From: Pirellulales bacterium
Lineage (GTDB): Bacteria > Planctomycetota > Planctomycetia > Pirellulales > UBA1268
Direction of reading: 5' to 3'
DNA: 64,000 nt
Assembly: GCA_017853835.1 (NCBI GenBank)
Contig: JAFMIU010000011.1
Coordinates: forward strand, 542-64,541
Positions within the stretch are counted from its first letter, which is position 1. Each line of letters starts with the position of its first letter. The notes beneath the pieces are model-generated. The model did no database searches, was not told the DNA's origin, and saw only the letters and a list, made by a program, of their open reading frames with translations. The position numbers and the translations under genes were made by a program. Shown in pieces: positions 38,842 through 47,276 of the stretch.

Positions 38842-39897
38842 TCAGCCATAGTGCTTCGCGATCCAGTCGCGGTAGCCGCCGCTCGTGACATCGGCCACCC
38901 AGTCCTGATGGTCGAGGTACCAGCGAACGGTTTTGGCCATGCCCGTCTCGAAGGTCTCGGAGGGCTTCCAGCCGAGTTCCGAGGAGAGCTTGCGGGCATC
39001 GATCGCGTACCGGCGGTCATGACCCGGTCGATCCTTCACGTAGGTGATGAGGGAAGCGTAGGGCGAGCCGTCGGCCCTCGGACGCTCATGGTCGAGGATC
39101 GAGCAGAGCGTCTTGACCACCTCGATGTTCGGTTTTTCGCTCGACCCGCCAACGCAGTAGACCTCGCCGAGGCGGCCCGAATCCAGCACACGACGGATGG
39201 CGGAGCAATGGTCACCCACGTAGAGCCAGTCGCGCACCTGCATGCCATCGCCGTAGATGGGCAGAGGCTTGCCGGCGAGGGCATTGGCGATGATGAGCGG
39301 AATCAGCTTCTCGGGAAACTGCCATGAGCCGTAGTTGTTGGAGCAGTTCGTTGTCAGCACCGGCAGCCCGTAGGTGTGGTGATAGCCACGGACGAGATGG
39401 TCGCTCGAGGCCTTGCTTGCGGCGTAGGGGCTGTTGGGAAGGTATTGGTTGGTTTCGCAGAATGGCGGATCGCCGGCGGCGAGTGTTCCAAACACCTCGT
39501 CCGTCGACACATGGAGGAATCGGAAGGCCGCCTGCTCCGATGGTGGCAGGGCCGACCAATGGGCGCGGGCGGCTTCCAGCAGGCGGAATGTGCCCACGAT
39601 GTTGGTTTCGATGAAGTCGGCGGGACCATGGATCGAACGGTCGACATGGCTCTCGGCGGCGAAGTGAACAATCGCCCGAACGGAGTGCTCGGACAGGAGC
39701 CGTTCGATGAGCGGCTGGTCGGCGATGTCCCCCCGGACGAAGACATGCCGGGGGTCGTTTGCCAACGAGTCGAGATTCCGAACATTGCCGGCGTAGGTGA
39801 GCTTGTCGAGGTTGACCACCGGCTCACCGCCTCCGGCGAGCCAGTCGATCACGAAGTTGGAGCCGATGAATCCGGCTCCGCCGGTGACGAGGATCAT
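38842..39897 (-). CDS. rfbB: dTDP-glucose 4,6-dehydratase
   Basis: ILVTGGAGFIGSNF, HFAAESHVDRS, STDEVFG and PYAASKASSDHLV motifs. Confidence 0.95.
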   Translation of the reverse strand: MILVTGGAGFIGSNFVIDWLAGGGEPVVNLDKLTYAGNVRNLDSLANDPRHVFVRGDIADQPLIERLLSEHSVRAIVHFAAESHVDRSIHGPADFIETNIVGTFRLLEAARAHWSALPPSEQAAFRFLHVSTDEVFGTLAAGDPPFCETNQYLPNSPYAASKASSDHLVRGYHHTYGLPVLTTNCSNNYGSWQFPEKLIPLIIANALAGKPLPIYGDGMQVRDWLYVGDHCSAIRRVLDSGRLGEVYCVGGSSEKPNIEVVKTLCSILDHERPRADGSPYASLITYVKDRPGHDRRYAIDARKLSSELGWKPSETFETGMAKTVRWYLDHQDWVADVTSGGYRDWIAKHYG

Positions 39898-40039
39898 GCG
39901 TGCTTGCGGGTTCGTTGGGCTGGAGATGCGGGCGTTTCAGTGGCGGATCGTCCCGCCACAGCCCGTTGGTGAGGGTATTATGTAACGGAGACGATCCCGA
40001 CCCTGAAACCCCAATCCCTCCCAAGTTGCCCGGTGCCCC

Positions 40040-40276
40040 ATGCTCTCGCCCGACCAGGTCGTTGAGGCCTCTTTTCTCGAAGCCCGTCACCAGCTCCTCG
40101 AAGTGGCTGCGCTCCTCGATCGCCACGACGCTGCGGTGAATCGCACGGGCCGCGATGTCGGGGCCGGCGGGGCGGCGAAACTGGGGGTGCTTCGGGAGGC
40201 GCTCGAGGCCCTTTGCGTGCCGCGGCCGAGCCAGGAGCGAACAGTCACGCTCCTCGAACTCTTCGCCAAGGTCTGA
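40040..40276 (+). CDS. hypothetical protein (78 aa, helical-looking)
   Basis: ORF with plausible composition and GC-rich third positions, just upstream of the TatD-like gene. No family recognised. Confidence 0.35.
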   Translation: MLSPDQVVEASFLEARHQLLEVAALLDRHDAAVNRTGRDVGAGGAAKLGVLREALEALCVPRPSQERTVTLLELFAKV

Positions 40277-40302
40277 CGCACCAAAATTGCACGAGGCCAG
40301 CC

Positions 40303-41145
40303 ATGCAGATCATCCAGCCCCACTACCACGCGATCGCCCGCACCGCCCAGGATTACGAGCGGATGGCAATGAGCGGCGTGGTGGCCGTCGCTGAGCCCGC
40401 GTTTTGGGCCGGGTTCGACCGGCTTTATCCCGAAACGTTCATCGACTACTTCCGTCAGATCTCGGAGTTCGAGCCGACCCGAGCCGCCCAGTATGGCATC
40501 CGCCATTTCTGCTGGGTGGCCGTGAATCCGAAGGAGGCCGAGAACCCAGTCCTCACCCGTGAGGTGCTCAAGCACTTCCCGGAGTTCTTCGCCAAGCCCA
40601 CGGTGCTCGGCGTGGGGGAGACGGGTCTTCACAAATCGACGAAGAACGAATGCGAGTCCCTCGAGGCGCACGTCGACATCGCCATGAAGCACGGGCAGCT
40701 CGTGCTGATCCACACGCCGCACCTCGCCGACAAGGCGCACGGCACGCGCCGCGTGCTCGAGGTGCTCGCGGGAATGAAGGTCGATCCGGAGCGGATCTGG
40801 ATCGACCACGTCGAGGAGCAGACGATCAAGCCCTGCCTCGATGCCGGCTATTGGGTTGGCTTCACCCTCTATCCCATCACCAAGTGCTCGCCGAAGCGGG
40901 CCGTCGACATGCTCGAGAAGTATGGCACCGACCGCATGCTCGTGAACTCGTCGGCCGACTGGGGGCCAAGCGATCCGTTTACGCTTCAGGAATGCATTCT
41001 CGAGTTTCGCCGGCGCGGCCACTCGCTCCAGGAGGCGATCGAGGTGTTTCACAACAACCCCTGTCGCTTCCTCGGCCAGAACCCGAAGTTTGACATCGCA
41101 CCGATCCGGATCGAGACCGATGTCGTGAAGGCGGCCCGCGGATGA
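40303..41145 (+). CDS. TatD-related metal-dependent hydrolase (amidohydrolase superfamily)
   Basis: Trimmed to ATG 40303 (MQIIQPHYHA...). VGETGLH, LIHTPH and NSSADWG segments resemble TatD-related proteins. 4-nt overlap with queD. Confidence 0.6.
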   Translation: MQIIQPHYHAIARTAQDYERMAMSGVVAVAEPAFWAGFDRLYPETFIDYFRQISEFEPTRAAQYGIRHFCWVAVNPKEAENPVLTREVLKHFPEFFAKPTVLGVGETGLHKSTKNECESLEAHVDIAMKHGQLVLIHTPHLADKAHGTRRVLEVLAGMKVDPERIWIDHVEEQTIKPCLDAGYWVGFTLYPITKCSPKRAVDMLEKYGTDRMLVNSSADWGPSDPFTLQECILEFRRRGHSLQEAIEVFHNNPCRFLGQNPKFDIAPIRIETDVVKAARG

Positions 41146-41651
41146 GCCCCACTCACCTTTCGCTCGTTCGACAGCTTTCGTTCTGTGCGGGCCATCGGCT
41201 CTATGGCCACGAGGGCCGCTGTGCCTTTCTGCATGGGCACAACTATCGCGTCGACATCGAGGTCGAGGCGGAAGGAGGGCGATCGGCCGTCGATGACGTG
41301 GGCCGGGTGGTCGACTTCTCACTGATCAAGAAGCGGATGCTCGGCTGGCTCGACGAGCACTGGGACCATGCCTTTCTCGTCTTTGAAAAAGATGAGTCGA
41401 CCCTCGCCGCCCTCCGCGTGGCCGAGCCCACCAAGTATTTCGTGATGCCGTGGAATCCGACGGCGGAAAACATGGCGCGATACCTGCTGGAGGTTGTCGC
41501 GCCGCACGTGCTTTCCGGCCTGGGGGTGTTGGCCCGTCGGGTGAGCGTGTGGGAGACCGACGAGTCGTGTGCCGTCGCGACGTTGGCGAGCCCCCAGGCA
41601 CCATCTCCGGTGCCGATTGGATCGGTCGTTGTCGTCGACAGGAGAGCCTGA
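41142..41651 (+). CDS. queD: 6-carboxy-5,6,7,8-tetrahydropterin synthase / 6-pyruvoyl-tetrahydropterin synthase family
   Basis: FCAGHRL...GHEGRCAFLHGHNYRV carries the Cys-x3-His-Gly-His Zn/catalytic motif. DFSLIKK...LDH follows. Confidence 0.8.
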   Translation: MSPTHLSLVRQLSFCAGHRLYGHEGRCAFLHGHNYRVDIEVEAEGGRSAVDDVGRVVDFSLIKKRMLGWLDEHWDHAFLVFEKDESTLAALRVAEPTKYFVMPWNPTAENMARYLLEVVAPHVLSGLGVLARRVSVWETDESCAVATLASPQAPSPVPIGSVVVVDRRA

Positions 41652-41653
41652 TC

Positions 41654-42685
41654 GTGCCACAGCCTTTTCCCGGACGGTTTCCCGACACGCGACTCCGACG
41701 CCTCCGGCGGCACGGGTGGCTGCGTCGTACCGTGGCCGAAACGACCCTCTCGCCGGCCGACCTCATCTGGCCGCTCTTCGTGCACGACCACGAGGCGATC
41801 GAACCGGTGGCCAGCATGCCCGGCGTGGAGCGACTGCCGATCGAGGGCATCCTCCGGGCCGCCGGTGAGGCTCTTCGGCTCGGCCTGCCAGCCGTCGCGC
41901 TGTTTCCGGTCGTCGAGGCATCCCTCAAGAGTGACGACGCCTCCCATGCCGCGGATCCGGAGAATCTCGCCTGCCGAACCATCCGTGCCATCCGAACGGA
42001 ATACGGTGACGCCCTGGGCATCATCGCCGACGTGGCGCTCGACCCCTACACCAGCCATGGCCACGATGGGCTCGTGAGGGACGGCCAGATCATCAACGAC
42101 GAAACGGTCGAGATGCTCTGCCGTCAGGCGGTGGTGCTCGCCGATGCCGGGTGTTCCATCGTGGCCCCGTCCGACATGATGGACGGCCGCGTGGGATCTC
42201 TCCGGCTGGCGCTCGACGAGCATGACCATGATCACGTGGCGATCCTCTCCTACGCCGCGAAGTATGCGTCGGCCTTCTATGGTCCGTTTCGTGACGCCGT
42301 GGGTAGTTCGGCCGCACTTGGCACGGCGGCCGGCCTCGGTGTCGCCGACAAAAAGACCTACCAGATGGATGTGGCCAACACCGATGAGGCGCTGCGCGAG
42401 GTGGCGCTCGACATCGCCGAGGGGGCCGACATGGTGATGGTGAAACCCGCCGGCACGTCGCTCGATGTGATTCATCGCGTCAAGGAGGCTTTTGGCGTGC
42501 CGACGGTGGCCTACCAGGTGAGCGGCGAGTACGCCATGATTCAGGCGGCTTCCGAGAACGGATGGCTCGACGGACGGAAGGCGGCGCTGGAGAGCGTGCT
42601 GGTGATCAAGCGGTCGGGTGCCGACGCCATCCTCACCTACTTCGCACCCGAGATTGCCAGGATGCTGGCCCGTGAGAGCGTTTGA
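41654..42685 (+). CDS. hemB: porphobilinogen synthase (delta-aminolevulinate dehydratase)
   Basis: Start GTG 41654 with GGAGAG upstream. RLRRLR, DVALDPYTSHGHDG, APSDMMDGRV, MVKPA and YQVSGEYAM motifs. Confidence 0.93.
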   Translation: MPQPFPGRFPDTRLRRLRRHGWLRRTVAETTLSPADLIWPLFVHDHEAIEPVASMPGVERLPIEGILRAAGEALRLGLPAVALFPVVEASLKSDDASHAADPENLACRTIRAIRTEYGDALGIIADVALDPYTSHGHDGLVRDGQIINDETVEMLCRQAVVLADAGCSIVAPSDMMDGRVGSLRLALDEHDHDHVAILSYAAKYASAFYGPFRDAVGSSAALGTAAGLGVADKKTYQMDVANTDEALREVALDIAEGADMVMVKPAGTSLDVIHRVKEAFGVPTVAYQVSGEYAMIQAASENGWLDGRKAALESVLVIKRSGADAILTYFAPEIARMLARESV

Positions 42686-42691
42686 GTCCGA

Positions 42692-44533
42692 TCACCCATC
42701 GGCAGAACTGCTCTGAGCGTAGCGACTCGAGCGCTTCGCGATCATGACGCTCATGATGAGCCCCACCGTGGCCGCAATCATCGACGGCTCCGGCACGGGG
42801 ATCGTCGTCCAGGAAAGGCCGAAGGTCTCTGAGGTGACCGGAGTGGTGCCGATGTCGTAGACCATCCCAGGCAGGGTGATACGAAGTCCGTAACTTCCCG
42901 GCTCCGTCAGGCTGAGCCTGAGAAACTCATTGTTGTCGTAGGCGCTGACCGACTCCGCCACCATCGACGTGAACGATCCGCTGACGGTGCGCCACACCTG
43001 GAGGTCCAGATCGGCAAACGCCGTTCGCGAGCCGGTGTCGGTGAGCGAATCGAAGGATCCATCGGCAAACCAGTTGAGGGCCACCTGAAGTTCCATCGAT
43101 GAGCCAAACGGTGCCGAGAAGAGGTAGTCCGTCGTTCCCCCCACGGTAATCGTTCCGAGGTCCCAGCCGTTGTCTCCGATCGTCCCGCCGGTGCCGGAGA
43201 GGTCGAGCGTTGCGCCGTTGATGTAGGTGAGTCCCGCTGCTGTCAGGTCGAGCGCTCCGGCTCCCGTGGCCCAGTCGAGCGGCTGCACGGTCTGGACCAC
43301 CCCGTCGACGAGCGTCTGGCCATTGCTCCACCCTTCGGTTTCGCGGGCCGTCGCCATCAGCACCGCCTTGATGACTCGCGTGTCGAGGGCCGTCACCGGG
43401 ACGAATCCAATGCCCTTGGCCGCGTCTTTCATCAGGGCGATGCCCCCGGCCACGGTGGGCGACGAAAAACTCGAGCCATCCACGTTCGTGAAGTAGAGGT
43501 CGGTGGGGGAAGGGTTTTGCGTGTAGTCGGGGAACGGGCCAAGGCCGCCCGTGGGCCCGAGATAGGCCGCCAGGAAATCGTTCTCGCCGGGGGCCGCGAG
43601 ATCGACCGCGGCACGGACACCCGGAATCATCACGCCGGTCGCCGGGTTGTAAAAATCGACGGCGCCATGGGACGAGAATGGCGACGGCGTCAGGAAGGTC
43701 GGACCTCCGACGCTCCCAACCGTGATGGCGTTGTAGGTCGACCCTGGAGATCCCACGGCCGCGGCGCCTTCGTTGCCCGCGGAAGCGACGAAGGACACGG
43801 TCGGATTCTGGAAGGCCAGCGCGTCGACCGCCATGGACTCGCCGGAGGTCGCCGATGGGTCAAAGCCTCCGAAACTGGAGTTGATCACATCGCACGCGGT
43901 GCCGCTGATGCCCTGGAAGAACTGGCGGTAGACGGGAATGGTGGAGGCGGGAGTCGTGCTGAACGCGCCGATGTCGGTGGTGGAATACGAGGTGGCGATC
44001 GACCCCGACCAGAGTTTGGCGAGCGGGGCGAGGCCGGTGCCGACATACGAATAGCCGGCCGCTGTGCTACCCGTTGCGGCAACGTAGCCCGTGCCGGCGA
44101 GCACATGACCGACCATGGTGGCGTGAAAGTCGTACTGCGAGTCCACTCCGGTGCCGGCGACCGCTTGCTCCACCGCAGGGCCGAGACCGAGACCCGATCG
44201 ATCGAAGACCTCGTGCCCGTCCCAGATCAACCCGGCTTCGATGTTGCCGATGACCGTCGAGCTGCCAAGAAAACCGCTGTTGTAAAAGATGGTCGCGCCG
44301 ACGGCTTCATTCACAAACGTGAACGGCCCGTCGGGATACGGGCCCGCCAGGTAGGTTCCGCGGGCCGGCATGGCGATCGAGGCTGCCGCAGCGACGACTG
44401 GGGCGAGCACGGCAAGGCCGACCACAACGGCGCGTCGCGCCAGGCCCTGGAACGGCCGGCCGGACGGGTGTTCCAGCCATGGCCGAGACGTCTGCATGAA
44501 GGAGTCCAGAATGTTCTGCCCTGAGGCGAGCAT
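42692..44533 (-). CDS. secreted subtilisin-like (S8) serine peptidase with C-terminal PEP-CTERM sorting signal
   Basis: His box DFHATMVGHVLAG. Ser box GSSFSSPTVAGGIALM. C-terminus VPEPSMIAATVGLIMSVMIAKRSSR (PEP motif + TM + basic cluster). The Asp box was not confidently located. Confidence 0.75.
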   Translation of the reverse strand: MLASGQNILDSFMQTSRPWLEHPSGRPFQGLARRAVVVGLAVLAPVVAAAASIAMPARGTYLAGPYPDGPFTFVNEAVGATIFYNSGFLGSSTVIGNIEAGLIWDGHEVFDRSGLGLGPAVEQAVAGTGVDSQYDFHATMVGHVLAGTGYVAATGSTAAGYSYVGTGLAPLAKLWSGSIATSYSTTDIGAFSTTPASTIPVYRQFFQGISGTACDVINSSFGGFDPSATSGESMAVDALAFQNPTVSFVASAGNEGAAAVGSPGSTYNAITVGSVGGPTFLTPSPFSSHGAVDFYNPATGVMIPGVRAAVDLAAPGENDFLAAYLGPTGGLGPFPDYTQNPSPTDLYFTNVDGSSFSSPTVAGGIALMKDAAKGIGFVPVTALDTRVIKAVLMATARETEGWSNGQTLVDGVVQTVQPLDWATGAGALDLTAAGLTYINGATLDLSGTGGTIGDNGWDLGTITVGGTTDYLFSAPFGSSMELQVALNWFADGSFDSLTDTGSRTAFADLDLQVWRTVSGSFTSMVAESVSAYDNNEFLRLSLTEPGSYGLRITLPGMVYDIGTTPVTSETFGLSWTTIPVPEPSMIAATVGLIMSVMIAKRSSRYAQSSSADG

Positions 44534-44622
44534 ACCGGCCCCCTCAGGGGGTCACAACGCGCCGGCGTCGACGTGGGCGTCAGGGTCGCTTCGATGTCGG
44601 CGACCCCCACACCGCGGGGCGA

Positions 44623-45171
44623 TCAGGGCTTGTTTGGTCGAAAGGCGACAAGCCGATCGGGATGGGTTTCGAGCCGTGGCGGCGAAGGATGATCGGTGTG
44701 GATCAGATCAACGCAGTAGGGCACCGCTGGAAAGACGGCATCGAGGCATTCCCGGATGCTACGAGGCCGGCCCGGCAGGTTCACCACGAGCGCCGTTCCG
44801 CAGATGCCCGCCGTCTGCCGAGAGAGAATCGCCGTTGGTACGTACTTCAGCGATTCATGACGCATCAGCTCGCCAAACCCAGGCAGCATGCGCGTGCAGG
44901 CCTGCTCCGTGGCTTCGGGGGTGACGTCGCGGGGGGCTGGCCCGGTGCCTCCGGTCGTCAGGATCAGGCAGCAGCCCAGCTCGGCCAGTTCGAGGATGGC
45001 GGCGGAGATCATCGATCGGTCGTCGGGCACGATCCGTTCACGCGGCTCCCACGTGCTGGCGAGCACCTCATGAAGATACGCACGGATGGCGGGACCACTT
45101 TCGTCGGCGTAGTCGCCGCGGCTGGCTCGATCCGACACGGTGAGGATTCCAATCAGGGCTGGTGCCGTCAT
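44623..45171 (-). CDS. mog: molybdopterin adenylyltransferase (MogA/MoaB family)
   Basis: Start set to ATG 45171 (ATGA overlap with the upstream gene's stop). IGILTVSDRASRGDYADESGP and LILTTGGTGPAPRDVTPEA motifs. Confidence 0.8.
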   Translation of the reverse strand: MTAPALIGILTVSDRASRGDYADESGPAIRAYLHEVLASTWEPRERIVPDDRSMISAAILELAELGCCLILTTGGTGPAPRDVTPEATEQACTRMLPGFGELMRHESLKYVPTAILSRQTAGICGTALVVNLPGRPRSIRECLDAVFPAVPYCVDLIHTDHPSPPRLETHPDRLVAFRPNKP

Positions 45172-45539
45172 GCGTGATGCCCCGGCGCCCATGTGAACAG
45201 TCGGATGTGATTGCCGTCAGGATCGACGGCGACGAGTTCTCGAAACCCCTCGGCATGCGTTCGCGGCGCTCCGGCGGCGGCACCGAGGCGAAGCTTCACC
45301 GCGTCGAGGTCTTCGGTTTCGAAGCCGAGGCTCCATCGGCCGCTCGGCTCGCCCGGATTCGGGCGGCCCATGATGGCGAGCCTGGAGCCACCGGCGTCGA
45401 GCAGGGCGTAGCGGCTGTCATCGACGTGCAACAGCACCTTGAGTCCGAGCGTGTCGCGATACCAGGCGACAAGCTCGGCCCACTGGGACGTGCGGAGCTC
45501 GACGCTGAACAGGGATGGCGGGTGGTGTGGGCGGCTCAT
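45168..45539 (-). CDS. VOC (glyoxalase/bleomycin-resistance/dioxygenase) family protein
   Basis: Track ORF 45168..46169 trimmed to ATG 45539. 123 aa with beta-alpha-beta-beta-beta-like segments (FSVELRT.QWAELVAWYRDTLGL, GFETEDLDAV, VAVDPDGNHIRLF). Confidence 0.6.
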   Translation of the reverse strand: MSRPHHPPSLFSVELRTSQWAELVAWYRDTLGLKVLLHVDDSRYALLDAGGSRLAIMGRPNPGEPSGRWSLGFETEDLDAVKLRLGAAAGAPRTHAEGFRELVAVDPDGNHIRLFTWAPGHHA

Positions 45540-45708
45540 ACAGGAGGCCTTGAAGGCGGGATTCGGCAGTGTAACGGCCGCAAGGTGCCTTAGGTGTGGC
45601 CAGGACGGAGCCGCTCTTCTCGCGGGAACCCTTGCCGGCGACAATCCTCCGCGTCGTCGGCCCCGTGCCATTCCCCGCCGTCCGTCCCTCCTCACGTCGA
45701 ACCTTTTC

Positions 45709-47202
45709 ATGGCCAACCCCAACGATCCCGAATCCGTCACCCGTGGCACCGCCGTCCAACTGGAAAAAGCACGCCGTGACAAACTCGACCGGCTCGTGGC
45801 GATGGGCGTGGATCCGTGGGGAAGGCGTTTCGACGGGGCGGCACCGATCGCCGACATTCGATCCGTGGGGGAACGGGTTGCGAAGGAAGCCGACGATGGC
45901 CCGGCCGTTCGCATTGCCGGACGGATCATGCTGCTGCGAAGCGCCGGCAGCCTTGTGTTCGTCGATCTGCATGATCGGACGGGCCGTATCCAGTTGATGC
46001 TCGGGAAGAAGCAGGTCGGCCCCGAGATCTGGAAGGTGGTCGAGTGCCTCGACCTGGGTGACATCATCGGGGTGGATGGTCGGCTCGGCTGGTCGAAGAC
46101 GGGCGAGATGACGGTGTTTGTCTCACAGCTTGAGTTTCTCACGAAGTCGCTCGAGACACCCCCTGACAAATACCATGGTCTCGTCGATCCGGAACTCCGT
46201 CAGCGGATGCGGTACCTCGATCTCATCCACGGCGAGGGGGTCCGCGACCGCTTCGTGTCCCGATGCCGGATCGTCGAGGCGGTGCGACGCGTGCTGGCGG
46301 CCCGCGGCTATCTCGAAGTCGAGGGACCGACGCTCCAGGAGACCGCGGGCGGTGCGGCGGCCAGGCCGTTCACCACGCACCACAACGCCCTCGACATCCC
46401 GCTCGTGCTTCGGATCGCCCTCGAACTTCACCTCAAGCGGCTGCTGGTCGGCGGCATGGAGCGGGTGTTCGAACTTGGACGCGTTTACCGCAATGAGGGG
46501 GTGAGCACGCGGCACAATCCCGAGTTCACGATGCTGGAAGCCTACGAGGCCTACGGCGACTACGGCACCATGATGGATCTCACCGAGGCGATCATCCTCG
46601 AGGCAGCCAAGGTGGCCGGCACGCCGACGCGGTTCGAATGGATGGGGAGGCCGGTCGATCTCACGCCGCCGTTTCGTCGCGCCCGCTATGACGACCTCCT
46701 GCGCGAGGTGACCGGCTGCGACCCCGCCGACCCGGCAAGCGTGGCCGCCGCCGCCGCCGCGGCTGGTGTCGAAACGGCGGGCCGGCATCCCGACGTGGTG
46801 AAGAGCGACCTCTTCGAGGCGACGGTCGAAAAGACGCTCGACGGCCCCGTGTTCGTCATCGACTACCCCGCCTCGATCTGCCCTCTCACGAAGCGCAAGG
46901 CGGGCCGGCCCGAGGTGGCCGAACGGTTCGAGCTCTATGTGGCCGGCATGGAACTCGCCAACGCCTACACCGAACTCAACGACCCCGATCTGCAGGAGGA
47001 GCTGTTTCGCACGCAGCTTGCCGGGCTTGCCGCCGAGGAATCGATGGCCCGCATGGACACCGATTTCATCAAGGCGCTGCGGCATGGCATGCCGCCGGCG
47101 GGAGGGCTCGGCATCGGCATCGATCGGCTGGTGATGTTGCTCACGGAGGCGTCGAGCATCCGCGACGTCATTCTCTTTCCGATCCACCGTCCGAGGGCGT
47201 AA
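45709..47202 (+). CDS. lysS: lysyl-tRNA synthetase (class II)
   Basis: Trimmed to ATG 45709. OB-fold N-domain (GRIMLLRSAGSLVFVDLHDRTGRIQL). Class II motifs: FEL.RVYRNEG, MLE.Y.AYGDY, GGLGIGIDRLVMLL. Confidence 0.93.
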   Translation: MANPNDPESVTRGTAVQLEKARRDKLDRLVAMGVDPWGRRFDGAAPIADIRSVGERVAKEADDGPAVRIAGRIMLLRSAGSLVFVDLHDRTGRIQLMLGKKQVGPEIWKVVECLDLGDIIGVDGRLGWSKTGEMTVFVSQLEFLTKSLETPPDKYHGLVDPELRQRMRYLDLIHGEGVRDRFVSRCRIVEAVRRVLAARGYLEVEGPTLQETAGGAAARPFTTHHNALDIPLVLRIALELHLKRLLVGGMERVFELGRVYRNEGVSTRHNPEFTMLEAYEAYGDYGTMMDLTEAIILEAAKVAGTPTRFEWMGRPVDLTPPFRRARYDDLLREVTGCDPADPASVAAAAAAAGVETAGRHPDVVKSDLFEATVEKTLDGPVFVIDYPASICPLTKRKAGRPEVAERFELYVAGMELANAYTELNDPDLQEELFRTQLAGLAAEESMARMDTDFIKALRHGMPPAGGLGIGIDRLVMLLTEASSIRDVILFPIHRPRA

Positions 47203-47276
47203 GCCGGGGCGATTCCGGGCTTTCGGCGGAGCGGGGAGCCTGCTACGGTTCCCGCCCCGCGAGGCCCACGCCCCCG

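Noticed and set aside
39898-40039. JUMPStart/ops (GGCGGTAG) element upstream of the rfb operon
   Set aside because: The motif is absent on either strand in the rfbB upstream region.
45540-46169. N-terminal 210-aa extension of track ORF 45168..46169
   Set aside because: The extension runs antisense through the 5' part of lysS and is Ser/Arg/Pro-rich. Only the last 123 aa look like a VOC-fold protein, so the gene was trimmed to ATG 45539.
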